IMG/VR virus record: IMGVR_UViG_3300000117_000017
DNA from: an uncultured virus (IMG/VR IMGVR_UViG_3300000117_000017)
Lineage: Duplodnaviria > Heunggongvirae > Uroviricota > Caudoviricetes
Reading direction: 5' to 3' (one strand)
Length of the DNA stretch: 64,000 bases
The translations under genes were made by a program, and so were the position numbers. Shown here in pieces: positions 38,175 through 47,916 of this stretch (position 1 is its first letter; each line of letters begins with the position of its first letter). The notes beneath the pieces were generated by a model that saw only the letters and a program-made list of their open reading frames with translations, did no database searches and had not been told where the DNA came from.

Positions 38175-38918
38175 TTATTCTCTTATTGCTTTTTTGTAAC
38201 TAGTCACTAATGTATTTATTAGGTTAGGTCTTATGACTCTTATCAGCCTTAAGCCTTCATTTACATTGTAGTAAGCTTGTTCATTAGTTATTTCGTTTTT
38301 AGTTGCACCAGGAGCCAGCAAATTTCCGTCACTATCAACACCTAGATCAACAATTCCACCTGAAGTGTCAGTATAATAGTTGGCTGCGTTATGTTCATCG
38401 GATGCAGAAACAATCGATAACGATTCAAGAGTACTTGCACTATTCGTAGAAGTAACTGTTTCACCTGATGTTGAAAAAGAAACTTTACCTTCAATTACAA
38501 TTTGACCTAAATCAAGATTTCTTCTTATGATTTTTCCTGATGCACCAGAAGTATTACCTGAAACAGTTTGACCAACTTTAAACTTAGTTGAAATATTTTC
38601 TCTAGTAGTTAATACTGTGTTTGGAAATATCTTTTTAATATATGTTTGAAATTCGTTATTAATTAAAGGCCAACCTTGTTGTCTTATATTGTCGTTTAAC
38701 AGGTAAAATGTCCAGTAATGCAGAGGTGTATCATAAAGTTCTATAGAGACTTGATCTGGTCTATATCCTTCTTGTATATTATAAAAAGTTAAAAAAGATA
38801 TATCATCTTTTATTTGATCTACAACATCTACGTATTTACTTAAATTTTGTGTTATTACTGGACCAGCTTCGTTACCATAACGGTAATTAAGTTTTTGAAA
38901 ATTTTTAAAGTATTGCAT
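38175..38918 (-). CDS. gp53: Baseplate wedge subunit gp53
   Basis: MQYF..F, Y.IQEG.RPDQVS..LY....HYW...L.N....WP, NE..R.I.VI.P. Confidence 0.85.
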   Translation of the reverse strand: MQYFKNFQKLNYRYGNEAGPVITQNLSKYVDVVDQIKDDISFLTFYNIQEGYRPDQVSIELYDTPLHYWTFYLLNDNIRQQGWPLINNEFQTYIKKIFPNTVLTTRENISTKFKVGQTVSGNTSGASGKIIRRNLDLGQIVIEGKVSFSTSGETVTSTNSASTLESLSIVSASDEHNAANYYTDTSGGIVDLGVDSDGNLLAPGATKNEITNEQAYYNVNEGLRLIRVIRPNLINTLVTSYKKAIRE

Positions 38919-40315
38919 TAGTAACCATTCCTAACATCTTTTTGATTAAGTGTTTTATGCTCCACAAAGCTTAAAGTTAAATCTATTTCATTTGGTGCAC
39001 CATCTCTTCTCATTGCTCCACCAGTTGGGTTAACTGTCGTACTTACTGTTCTCAAGTAACACTTATGTATTTTAGGAATATTCCTATTGTTACTGCCATT
39101 ATACCTAAAATCTATTTGAAACATATTTGGAAATTTAAATCCAATATCAGCTGTGCCAATACTATACACGTCTGGATACATTTGTTCTCTAAAATGTTTT
39201 ACAATTTGTCTTACTTCTTCAGATTCACGTTGAGATCTAGCTATCATTTTAAATTGAAATGTAAATTCTCTTAAGCCTACACCCCTAAATAACGCTCTTA
39301 TATTAGGATTAATAATTGTTCTATTTTGTAGTGTTAAAGCATTAGCTACACCTGATGAAACACTATTAACTTTATCAATCGCTCGAGCTGCACCTAACTT
39401 AAACGCAGTATTGCCTAATTCATCATTACCAGTAGCAACATCAATAATACTAGTGAAAGATTTACCTGCTTCGCTGATTGCTGCTTCTAATGCGCCTTGG
39501 CCGCCTTGAACTGCAGCTTCAACACCTGCACCTAAAGCTCCAAGCGGTGCATTGTCATATTGCGCGTTGTCGTTAAATTGCATTGTAAGAGGAAAGTACA
39601 TATCTACTACAGGCGCACCTTGAACTTTGTGAGGAGTTAATTGTCCAGATAGAGTATTACCTATGAAACGCACTTCATCAGATTTTTTTAAATCTGATAG
39701 TTTATTATTATATGCGTCTTTTATATAACCAAGTCCTCTGTCTGTTCTTGCACTTATAGATGTGTCTGTAGTTGTGGCTTGTGGACCAGAAGCGTCTGCA
39801 TTATTATTGCTTTTTCCTACTTGTGTTGCAATAGCTCCACCGTATGCTCCAGGGCTAAGCCTAGGTGCTGTTTCTCTAAAGTCATCTACTACGAGTTGAC
39901 CTTTTTCATCTGCAGATTTTGCAACGGATTTAGTACCTTTAGTGTTATCAGTAGCTATTTTGTTAAATCGTTTTTGTGTAGTTCCATCTTGATTCGATTT
40001 CATTTCAAACATTGTAAATTGAACTCGTGCTTGATATGCACCGCCTTCAGTTTCAAGTGGATATTTTAAATCGGTTTTGCTACCACGACCAAATAAACCT
40101 CCTAAAAGATCTTGTGTTGCATCTAATAATCCAGATATATCTGGAGCATCTACACTTTTAATTGCTTCACCTGCTTCGTTTATAGCTTTACCACCAGGGC
40201 CAAATGGTGATAAGCTCGACGTTGTGTCATTAACACTACCAGCTATAGTTTCTCCATTAGGTCCGATTTTACTAAGAGCCGTTGATGAAAGTCCTGTTAA
40301 TCCGATATCTGACAT
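38918..40315 (-). CDS. gp48: Baseplate tail tube cap gp48
   Basis: NP....LF.GV.LREFTFQFKM.ARS..ES, FP..F.I, CYL.., LTLSF.E. Confidence 0.8.
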   Translation of the reverse strand: MSDIGLTGLSSTALSKIGPNGETIAGSVNDTTSSLSPFGPGGKAINEAGEAIKSVDAPDISGLLDATQDLLGGLFGRGSKTDLKYPLETEGGAYQARVQFTMFEMKSNQDGTTQKRFNKIATDNTKGTKSVAKSADEKGQLVVDDFRETAPRLSPGAYGGAIATQVGKSNNNADASGPQATTTDTSISARTDRGLGYIKDAYNNKLSDLKKSDEVRFIGNTLSGQLTPHKVQGAPVVDMYFPLTMQFNDNAQYDNAPLGALGAGVEAAVQGGQGALEAAISEAGKSFTSIIDVATGNDELGNTAFKLGAARAIDKVNSVSSGVANALTLQNRTIINPNIRALFRGVGLREFTFQFKMIARSQRESEEVRQIVKHFREQMYPDVYSIGTADIGFKFPNMFQIDFRYNGSNNRNIPKIHKCYLRTVSTTVNPTGGAMRRDGAPNEIDLTLSFVEHKTLNQKDVRNGY

Positions 40316-40351
40316 GATAATCCTTATAGATATAATTAAATATTATTTTTC

Positions 40352-40359
40352 TATTTATA
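40352..40359 (-). promoter_or_regulatory. T4-type late promoter TATAAATA
   Basis: Exact consensus in the divergent gp48/gp4 intergenic region. Confidence 0.75.
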
Positions 40360-40368
40360 ACAAAAAAC

Positions 40369-40872
40369 ATGGCTTATTCAGGTAGATATACAATCAAAAA
40401 TGCATCCAAGTACAAGGGTGACACAGCCAATATAATATATAGGTCGTTGTGGGAGAAGGCTGCATTTCAGTGGTGCGACAAGAATCCTAAAGTAAAGCAA
40501 TGGAGTTCTGAAGAAATTGTAGTGCCATATTACTATGAAGTAGATAAAAAATATCACAGGTATTTTGTTGACATGAAAATAGTATTTGAAGATAAAACAT
40601 TACTAGTAGAAATAAAACCTGAGAAAGAAACGCTTCCGCCCGCGGGCCCGCGAAGAACTAAGCAGTATATTTCTGAAGGATTATCTTATGTAAAGAATAT
40701 GAATAAGTGGGAAGCCGCAACTGAATATGCAAGAGATAGAGGTTGGGTGTTTCAAATATGGACGGAGAAGACATTACAAGAAATGAAGTTGTTAAAAGGA
40801 CCGGTTCCGGGTAAACTGAAGAAGCTTACACCATATAAACCTTTTCGAAAAAAGCGTAGAAAAAAGTTATAA
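40369..40872 (+). CDS. gp4: Head completion nuclease gp4
   Basis: YSGRY...N..KYKGD...IIYRSLWE, WSSEE, HRYFVD, EIKP, NKW.AA. Confidence 0.9.
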   Translation: MAYSGRYTIKNASKYKGDTANIIYRSLWEKAAFQWCDKNPKVKQWSSEEIVVPYYYEVDKKYHRYFVDMKIVFEDKTLLVEIKPEKETLPPAGPRRTKQYISEGLSYVKNMNKWEAATEYARDRGWVFQIWTEKTLQEMKLLKGPVPGKLKKLTPYKPFRKKRRKKL

Positions 40873-40875
40873 ATA
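40868..40875 (+). promoter_or_regulatory. T4-type late promoter TATAAATA
   Basis: Exact consensus 5 nt before the gp2 ATG. Confidence 0.75.
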
Positions 40876-40880
40876 GTCTT

Positions 40881-41471
40881 ATGAGTAACTTATTTCAAAA
40901 ATTAGAACTTGAAGCTTTTAGAGCAGGTATTAATCCTCGTACACAAGAATCACGCGAATGGTTTCGTAAAAGAATTCAAAGACTTACGAGAGTTAACCGT
41001 GATGCTTTAATGAGAGAAGATGAAATTAATCGTAGAGCATCTCATAGTTATGGTTCTATGTTTATGTACTTTTATGATCCTAAGCATAAAGACAAATTGC
41101 CTTTCTATGATAGGTTTCCATTAACAATACCAGTTGAACCGGCTCCTGGCGGATTCAGAGGAATAAATTTACATTATCTTCCTCCAGTATTAAGAGCAAA
41201 GTTTTTAGATGCATTATTAGATGCAACCAATAACAAAAAATATGATGAATCAACGAGATTTAAATTAACATACGATTTGTTAAAAGGTGCACGTAAAATG
41301 AGATATTTTCAACCGTGTTTTAAACATTATTTGCTTGCACATGTTAAATCACGTTTTGCAGAAGTACCTGCACCTGAATGGGAAATAGCAGCATTTCTAC
41401 CAACTGCACAATGGGAGAAAGCAAGTGCTGGAACAGTTTATACAGATTCAAGAAAGAAAGTAAATGGCTAA
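40881..41471 (+). CDS. gp2: DNA end protector gp2
   Basis: YDPKHKDKLPFYDRFPL, GINLHYLPP..RAKFL, PCFKHYL..HV.S. Confidence 0.9.
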   Translation: MSNLFQKLELEAFRAGINPRTQESREWFRKRIQRLTRVNRDALMREDEINRRASHSYGSMFMYFYDPKHKDKLPFYDRFPLTIPVEPAPGGFRGINLHYLPPVLRAKFLDALLDATNNKKYDESTRFKLTYDLLKGARKMRYFQPCFKHYLLAHVKSRFAEVPAPEWEIAAFLPTAQWEKASAGTVYTDSRKKVNG

Positions 41472-42144
41472 TAGTATTGAAGATCTTAAAGCATTAATGA
41501 ACACTAAGTTAGGTTTTGCAAGACCTAATAAATTTTTAGTTACATTACCATCTGTAGGTGTAGGAGGCGGTTTACTAAATGGATTGATAGGTGCATTTAG
41601 TGCAATGGGTGGAGGAGCAAGTCCAAGAGAATTGAATATATTATGTTCAAACGCAACTATGCCAGCAAAACAAGTACTCACTAATGATAGAAGAATTGGA
41701 ATGGAATTTCAAAAAGTAGCTTACGGATATGCTGTAGATGATGTAAGCATGACATTTTATTTAATGAATGATTACGGGATAAAAGATTATTTTGATAGTT
41801 GGAGAAGTACAATACTCGATGAGTTTGGCCAAGCATCTAACTACAAGAACGAATATGCTAAAACAGTAACTATACATCAATTAAGACAACCATTAAAAGG
41901 TTTTAGCAAACAAGTCGGGCCAATAAGATTTAATGCTGGTCTCGGCGGAGGAAGTGTCTATTCAGTAGATTTACTTGAAGCTTTTCCAATAGCATCAAGT
42001 GCGATTGAATTGAACAATGAACTCGACGGTTTAGTGCAATTAACAGTTACATTTGCATATACAAACTGGAGAAGAGCTAGTGGTGGACAAAACTTTATCA
42101 ACATGGATATTGATACACCTCTTGGCGGAATTGATATAATATAA
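41464..42144 (+). CDS. gp54: Tail tube initiator gp54-like
   Basis: GFARPNKF.V, LC....MP, YFDSW, Y..EY, L.EAFP, LTVTFAY..W. Confidence 0.7.
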   Translation: MANSIEDLKALMNTKLGFARPNKFLVTLPSVGVGGGLLNGLIGAFSAMGGGASPRELNILCSNATMPAKQVLTNDRRIGMEFQKVAYGYAVDDVSMTFYLMNDYGIKDYFDSWRSTILDEFGQASNYKNEYAKTVTIHQLRQPLKGFSKQVGPIRFNAGLGGGSVYSVDLLEAFPIASSAIELNNELDGLVQLTVTFAYTNWRRASGGQNFINMDIDTPLGGIDII

Positions 42145-42154
42145 GGAGTGAAAC

Positions 42155-42871
42155 ATGGCGTTGCCAATATTATCTAATGATAAACCAATGTATGAGGTAG
42201 TAGTACCTTCATCACAAGAAACATTTAAATTTAGACCGTTTCTTGTAAAAGAGCAGAAAAGTTTATTGATTGCTTTTGAATCACAAGACAATAAACAAAT
42301 TTTAACGACTATGCTAAATTGTATAGAATCGTGTGTGCCGGGTATAGACTTAAAAAAATTAGCTACATTTGATATGGATTATGTTTTTACACAAATAAGA
42401 GCTAAATCTGTAGGTGAAAAAAGCACTATATTGACAAAATGCACAGAGTGTGAAGAAGAAAATAAAGTTGAAGTAAACTTAGAGCAAATCAAAATGGGAA
42501 AAGCTGAACTCAAAAACACTCTTATTCCTATAACAGATACAATAAATGTACAAATGAAATATCCTACTTATGTAGATATTGTACAACAACCTAATATTAT
42601 GAAAGAAGATGCATCACAAGTTGAAGTTTTATTTCAGTCTATAAAATCTTGTATGCACGCAGTTCAGACCGGTGAAGATAACATCATTATAAGTCAAGAA
42701 CCTATTGAAGAAGTTGAAAAGTTTGTTAATTCATTGACGAACCAACAGCTTGAAAAAATCACTGAGTTTGTTAATGACATGCCTACACTAGAACATAAAG
42801 AAAAATTTAAGTGTGAAAAGTGCGGACATGATAATACATTAGCATTGAAAGGGTTACAAGATTTTTTTTAA
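42155..42871 (+). CDS. gp26: Baseplate hub assembly protein gp26
   Basis: MALP....P.YE...PS....KFRPFLVKEQK.LL.A, FD.DY.F..IRAKSVGE, CxxC pairs, GLQDFF end. Confidence 0.88.
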   Translation: MALPILSNDKPMYEVVVPSSQETFKFRPFLVKEQKSLLIAFESQDNKQILTTMLNCIESCVPGIDLKKLATFDMDYVFTQIRAKSVGEKSTILTKCTECEEENKVEVNLEQIKMGKAELKNTLIPITDTINVQMKYPTYVDIVQQPNIMKEDASQVEVLFQSIKSCMHAVQTGEDNIIISQEPIEEVEKFVNSLTNQQLEKITEFVNDMPTLEHKEKFKCEKCGHDNTLALKGLQDFF

Positions 42872-43050
42872 TTAACCTCTCTCATGAAACTTTGGAAAAC
42901 TTTTTTAAGACCAATTTTTTAATGATGCAACATTTTAATTATTCTTTAACAGAATTAGAAGGAATGTTACCGTGGGAGAGAGAGGTATATTTAATGTTAC
43001 TTAATGATCATTTAGAAGAAAAAGCTCGAATAGAACAAACACGAGGATAG
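42868..43050 (+). CDS. gp51: gp51-like hub assembly catalyst; open in the -1 frame from the gp26 stop (first ATG at 42922)
   Basis: Manual translation LINLSHETLENFFKTNFLMMQHFNYSLTELEGMLPWEREVYLMLL; the YSLTELE.M.PWERE.Y motif is gp51-like. Confidence 0.8.
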   Translation, partial: LINLSHETLENFFKTNFLMMQHFNYSLTELEGMLPWEREVYLMLLNDHLEEKARIEQTRG

Positions 43051-43054
43051 AAAA

Positions 43055-44683
43055 ATGACAGCAACACTAGCAGATGTCAACACAACCTTAGGCATTACTA
43101 ATATAGCGTTATCAAGTGTAGTCTCTGAACAGAAAGAAACCAATAAAGGTATCTCTGCTTTTGTAGACTTCATTAAAGATAAAGATGCAGATGATGCACG
43201 TAGAGCGTTAGAAGATTCTCGAGAATCTAAGCCTATATTAAAAAGCATAGGTGGTGGAGCTTCTGCAATAGGAGGCGGATTAGTATCAGCCGGCAAATCA
43301 ACTTTTGGATTTGGTAAAGGACTTCTCAGCAAGCTTGCAATTCCTGCAGGATTTGTTGGTGGGTTTTTAACAAGTTTACTTTCTTCTAAGTTACTTAGAG
43401 GAGGTATTGCTGGTTTAGGATTTATGTTTGGTGATCAAATAGCAGAAATGTTAACTGGTCCTAATGCTAAAAAAGAAGTTAAAGATCAACTAGCAGGTGC
43501 AATTAAAGGTGGCGCTCTTGGATTTTTACTTGGACCAAAGTTTGCAGCTATTGGTTTTGTTTTAGGTGGATTAATTAAAAATGATAAAATAGATAAAGAA
43601 GCAGGTGATCTAGTAAAAACTTTAGAAGATATGAAAATTACACTACCATCATTAAGTGGAATATTTAAATCTATTAACACCGGTGTTGCCGATGGTCTTA
43701 AAGGTATTAATGCTGTGCTAAAAGGTAACTTTAGTGTGGATTCTACTGTTGATGCATTAAAGCTTTTAGGTGGAGCTGCTTTTTTGATATCACCGGCAGG
43801 ATCGTTGTTCTTACTTAAAGGAATGGCAAAAAGCAGAGTTGGCAGAGTATTAATGGCTATAGCTGGTTTAGGTGTTGCAGCAAATAGTATATTTGGTGGT
43901 GATTCAAAACAAGCTACAAGTAATCCAAACGAAATGAGAGCTAATGAAGCAAAGCCTGTAGGAGGAGATGTTGGTGGATTATCAAGTATTTTTAGTTTAG
44001 ATAATATAATTGGTGTAGGTACTGCAGCTTATTTAGGTAAGCAATTATATGATCTTGGAACAGGCGCATTAGGTTTATTTAAAAAATTCGGTAAGTTTGG
44101 AAAAGTTACTGACACTGCAACAGACGCAGTAAACGTAATGCAACAAGCTAACAAAGGCCCTGGTTTTTTTAAAACAATGGCGAATTCTCTTAAATCAGGA
44201 GCTAGTAAATTTGGTATGCTCATGACGAGAGCCGGACCTATAGCCTTACCATTAGCAGCTATAGGTGGTTTACTATACGTATTAAATAATAAAGAATCAT
44301 CTGAAAAACTGGCAATGTCTAATAGAGCTACAGAATCTTCAGGTAAGATTACTGGAGAAGCTAAAGAGTTTTTCAAAGGAACAACTGCATATATGGATGA
44401 CGCTCTTGGCGCTAAAACTCTTACAGAGTTTACGCCAAATCAATATGCAAGAGGTGCTGGTATTATAAAAAATACTTCGAGATTATCAGATTACTTTAAA
44501 AATCTACCACCAGTCGCATCTACAATGGATCCAACTGGTAACGGCGGAAATGTTATTTCCACAAACACAGTAAATTCAGGTAATGTATACAACAGCGCCG
44601 GCTTTGCTATTAACTCAGCCGGCGCCAATGATCCTAGAAATATGTTTGGTAAATCCAGCGCTAATGCAACTGGTTTATTCTAA
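43055..44683 (+). CDS. Tape measure / gp29-like protein
   Basis: G/A/L-rich with hydrophobic stretches; follows gp26-gp51; 542 aa. Confidence 0.6.
   Translation: MTATLADVNTTLGITNIALSSVVSEQKETNKGISAFVDFIKDKDADDARRALEDSRESKPILKSIGGGASAIGGGLVSAGKSTFGFGKGLLSKLAIPAGFVGGFLTSLLSSKLLRGGIAGLGFMFGDQIAEMLTGPNAKKEVKDQLAGAIKGGALGFLLGPKFAAIGFVLGGLIKNDKIDKEAGDLVKTLEDMKITLPSLSGIFKSINTGVADGLKGINAVLKGNFSVDSTVDALKLLGGAAFLISPAGSLFLLKGMAKSRVGRVLMAIAGLGVAANSIFGGDSKQATSNPNEMRANEAKPVGGDVGGLSSIFSLDNIIGVGTAAYLGKQLYDLGTGALGLFKKFGKFGKVTDTATDAVNVMQQANKGPGFFKTMANSLKSGASKFGMLMTRAGPIALPLAAIGGLLYVLNNKESSEKLAMSNRATESSGKITGEAKEFFKGTTAYMDDALGAKTLTEFTPNQYARGAGIIKNTSRLSDYFKNLPPVASTMDPTGNGGNVISTNTVNSGNVYNSAGFAINSAGANDPRNMFGKSSANATGLF
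44595..44625 (-). terminator. Putative terminator hairpin for the gp32 transcript, inside the 3' end of the convergent gene
   Basis: GCGCCGGCT-N13-AGCCGGCGC, a 9-bp GC-rich stem about 55 nt past the gp32 stop; weak U-tract. Confidence 0.4.
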
Positions 44684-45567
44684 GCATCTTCCTTTGCTAA
44701 CTTAGCAAAATAAGACATTGTATCTTCATCCTCAGAACTGATTTCTTCAACAGTAACGGGCTCCATTGCAGCTACTGGATCATTCATCTTGATTTCTTCT
44801 TTTACTGAATATGAACCTGCATTTATTTGCTCACCAAGAACTCTCATCAATTTAGTTTTAAGTTCATCATATGTCTTGTAGTTCTTTGGATTAGTGAACT
44901 CAGTAATATCGTGCATTTGATTATACACTTCTTCAAGTTTAGCTTCATCACTTTCAAGAAAAGCTGATGGAGAAGCAAACTCTGACTTATCATAGTTTCT
45001 ATAACCTTCTACATTTCTTATCTTAAGTTTGAAGTTTGCACCTTCCCAAAAATCAAATGCATCCATTGGAGTTTCATCTGCAAACTCCGGATTCATCTTA
45101 TCCATAATCTTATCGAAGATTTTCTTTCCAAATTTATATAGAAATACTTTACCTTCGTTTTGAGGTGCTGATGGATCTTGAACTACATATATGTTAGTAG
45201 CATAATGTAATCTTCTTTTTTGAGATCTTGCTTTTTCTTTATCAGCATCAATGCCTGAATTCCAAAGCTTTGAATTTAATTCACCGACTGGATCAGTTTG
45301 ACCTATTGATGTAAGTGAATTTTCAATATACCATAAACCAGTAGGGCCTTTAAAACCGTGATCCCAATATCTTACAAATGGTATTGCACCATCTTTACCG
45401 GGAAGGAATCTGATAACGGCATAACCATTACCTGCTTTATCAACTGTAGGTTTCCACACTCTTTCATCTACGTAGGACTTTTGTTCTCCTCCGCCGACAG
45501 ATTGTGCTGCTTCTATAATTTTATTGATGTTGGAACCGCGATTGCGTTTTAATGTTTCAAATGACAT
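44680..45567 (-). CDS. gp32: Single-stranded DNA-binding protein gp32
   Basis: DERVWKP..DKAGNGYAVIRFLP, WYIENSL, GKVFLYKFGKKIFDKI, FDFWEGANFKLK, acidic tail. Confidence 0.95.
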   Translation of the reverse strand: MSFETLKRNRGSNINKIIEAAQSVGGGEQKSYVDERVWKPTVDKAGNGYAVIRFLPGKDGAIPFVRYWDHGFKGPTGLWYIENSLTSIGQTDPVGELNSKLWNSGIDADKEKARSQKRRLHYATNIYVVQDPSAPQNEGKVFLYKFGKKIFDKIMDKMNPEFADETPMDAFDFWEGANFKLKIRNVEGYRNYDKSEFASPSAFLESDEAKLEEVYNQMHDITEFTNPKNYKTYDELKTKLMRVLGEQINAGSYSVKEEIKMNDPVAAMEPVTVEEISSEDEDTMSYFAKLAKEDA

Positions 45568-45632
45568 AGTATTGTCTCCTTATTTGCTGAAATATTAACT
45601 GTATTATTGCATTGTGTAGTATTATATATACA

Positions 45633-45875
45633 CTACTCAAATAGTGATAAGTCAATGGAATTCTTTTTTGGTAAAAAGTTTAAATCCATTGCCTCTGCTT
45701 CAAGCTTATCTTTAATAATAGGTGATATAAACTTTCTGATATCTTCTATTTCGATATCATTAGTTTCACACACTTTTATTATAGCGTCCATATAAGGTAT
45801 CTTAAGTTCAGCTACTGTACTTTCGATAAGCTTTGTAAATTTAGACTTTGTTAAAAATTGTTCTTCTATTTTCAT
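45633..45875 (-). CDS. gp33: Late transcription coactivator gp33
   Basis: F...IE..V......YMDAII..CE...IE.E...K.IS...K.KLE.EA..LNFLP. Confidence 0.85.
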   Translation of the reverse strand: MKIEEQFLTKSKFTKLIESTVAELKIPYMDAIIKVCETNDIEIEDIRKFISPIIKDKLEAEAMDLNFLPKKNSIDLSLFE

Positions 45876-47020
45876 TTGTCTAAAACCCTTAATAAGATTG
45901 TATCTTTGTTGATTCTACCATTAGGTACTTTTGTTTTTGTAGTTATATGAAGCCTCCAAAGATCATCAATTTGTTTTGTAGTCCTCGTTAAGAATGATGG
46001 TAAGAAATCTAGAGGCTTACGTAAACATACGGTTCTACTTAAACCTTTTGTAAAATTCTTAATAGTTGAACCTGAAATTTCAAATCCATTAGTACTATCA
46101 GTAACATATTCAGTAACCATCTTACTTTTAGTATTGAACGTATACAATCTAGTTTTAGTTGGTATTTGAATAGGATTAATTGATACAATCTTAAAATCAT
46201 TATCTTCTTTTTTATATTGCATTTTAGCAACCTGTTTATCAACTGCCTTAATGCCTTTAACTTTGACATTACGTGATGCTTTAGTTGCTGATCTTATTCT
46301 TTCAAGATCTTCAAGCATTGCTTTACATGCTTTAATTCGGTAATTGAGAGTTGACCTTTTTAGGTGGGAGTAACCTTCAACTGCTTGGTCACATCGTTTA
46401 TGATAAGCATCCTCATAATCAAGGAGCCAACCCTCAATCCAAGGCTTAACGTAACTTATTGCAGTATTTGTTAAGCCATGAAACTTGAATCTATCGTATA
46501 TGTTAATAGTAGTATCGTCACCATCGATCCACTGATCTTCTAGTTCAAGTAATTCTTGCATAATAGTATTATTAATTTTTCTTTTTAATTTTTCTTGTGG
46601 TGATAGAGTAATTACATTACTTTTTTCTTTTAGTTCTTTTTTCTTATCATTGAGTATAACTTTACCTTCTTCAATGAGAGGTATCGTTTTGTCAAATAAA
46701 TGATTTAAAAATTCTGCGGCAGTTTCTGATTCATAAGTTTTATTCAACTCATTGTTATACCAAAATGCAGTAGCAGCATGATGAGTATATGTAAACTTCC
46801 ATTCTGGATTAGCTAGTATATACTTTGAAGGTTGTGGAAAGTTTTTCTTAACCCACGTTTTAACTTGATTAATACAATCTTTCTTATCTACATTAATATG
46901 AAAATAATCTTTAACTGCGTTGAAACCTTTATCAATAGGTACACCAGCTAAACCAGTACGAGCTCTTGCTCTCATTGTTTTCTTTTTAGATTTTTTACCT
47001 TTTAGTGCTTGTAGTCCCAT
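45872..47020 (-). CDS. Conserved T4-like hypothetical protein
   Basis: EGYSHL, SINP, FNTK, LRKP, NGRINKDTILLRV motifs; GGAG RBS. Confidence 0.65.
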   Translation of the reverse strand: MGLQALKGKKSKKKTMRARARTGLAGVPIDKGFNAVKDYFHINVDKKDCINQVKTWVKKNFPQPSKYILANPEWKFTYTHHAATAFWYNNELNKTYESETAAEFLNHLFDKTIPLIEEGKVILNDKKKELKEKSNVITLSPQEKLKRKINNTIMQELLELEDQWIDGDDTTINIYDRFKFHGLTNTAISYVKPWIEGWLLDYEDAYHKRCDQAVEGYSHLKRSTLNYRIKACKAMLEDLERIRSATKASRNVKVKGIKAVDKQVAKMQYKKEDNDFKIVSINPIQIPTKTRLYTFNTKSKMVTEYVTDSTNGFEISGSTIKNFTKGLSRTVCLRKPLDFLPSFLTRTTKQIDDLWRLHITTKTKVPNGRINKDTILLRVLDK

Positions 47021-47033
47021 ATTAAACTCCCAT

Positions 47034-47279
47034 TTATATGTTGTTGTTTTCGATGTAATTAAGTGTTGCGCTTCTTACCATAGTTGGATATTCACCAAGA
47101 TAAGTGCCGGCATGTAACATTTCTTTAGTTACTAAGTGTTTATGCATGTGTTCTATATTATCATAGTTAGCAAGTATGTCTTTACCTAACTGATCAAACT
47201 CATGATCTGTTATTAAGTTAGTGTTAAGTTGATAATACGCATAAGAACACATTAGATATTTAGCTATTGGATTCTTCAT
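47034..47279 (-). CDS. Stand-alone NAD-dependent ligase domain Ia-like protein
   Basis: SYAYYQLNTNLITDHEFDQL resembles LigA Ia YY......ISD.EYD.L. Confidence 0.5.
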   Translation of the reverse strand: MKNPIAKYLMCSYAYYQLNTNLITDHEFDQLGKDILANYDNIEHMHKHLVTKEMLHAGTYLGEYPTMVRSATLNYIENNNI

Positions 47280-47467
47280 TACTGAAGATCCAATACTGAT
47301 TGTGCTACAGAATCAGTGTAAAACTTATCCTGATGAGCAATGTTGATTTTAGTAGATATAGCAACTGCCAATCCACTATTTCGATCTAGAAGCTTTTGAG
47401 CAAACTCATCTTGCTCTTCAGCTGACATGTATTCTAATTGATCGATGATTTTATTATAATTGAACAT
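47279..47467 (-). CDS. Hypothetical early protein
   Basis: GGGAG RBS, directly behind a sigma70-type promoter. Confidence 0.6.
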   Translation of the reverse strand: MFNYNKIIDQLEYMSAEEQDEFAQKLLDRNSGLAVAISTKINIAHQDKFYTDSVAQSVLDLQ

Positions 47468-47501
47468 AATTTAAACTCCCATTTAATTATTTAATAGATA
47501 T

Positions 47502-47543
47502 ATTATACACCAGTTTTACAGAAATGTAAAGGAAAAAATGCAT
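47502..47543 (-). promoter_or_regulatory. Early sigma70-type promoter, copy 1
   Basis: ATGCATTTTTTCC-TTTACA-17 nt-TATAAT. Confidence 0.8.
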
Positions 47544-47553
47544 AAAATGCAAA

Positions 47554-47916
47554 TTAATTTCTCCTCATTGTTGAGTACTCTTTAGGATCTGCATTTTTAG
47601 TTACAGGTACCATGTTAGATTTATGCATGGTGGCAATGCCTGTAATGAACGTACCTGTGTATGCATTTGTTTTAGACTTACCAACAACTTTACCGGTGTA
47701 GTTGCTTGTTGGTAGAGAACGTGAATGCTCTTTATAATTAGGAGCACTGATTCCAGAATCTTTATTTTTATTCTTAAGCTGAGATGGATGTACACCACGT
47801 GCCATTAGCCACTTATCGTGTTCAGCTTGAGCTTTTTGCCAACCTGCTTTACGAAAAGGCTTTTTCTTTTTAGTACTATTATTGTTGTAGTAAATTGGTA
47901 ATAGATGCATTGTCAT
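47554..47916 (-). CDS. Conserved hypothetical protein
   Basis: YTG..I.GIATMHKSN.VPV motif common in T4-like phages. Confidence 0.65.
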   Translation of the reverse strand: MTMHLLPIYYNNNSTKKKKPFRKAGWQKAQAEHDKWLMARGVHPSQLKNKNKDSGISAPNYKEHSRSLPTSNYTGKVVGKSKTNAYTGTFITGIATMHKSNMVPVTKNADPKEYSTMRRN

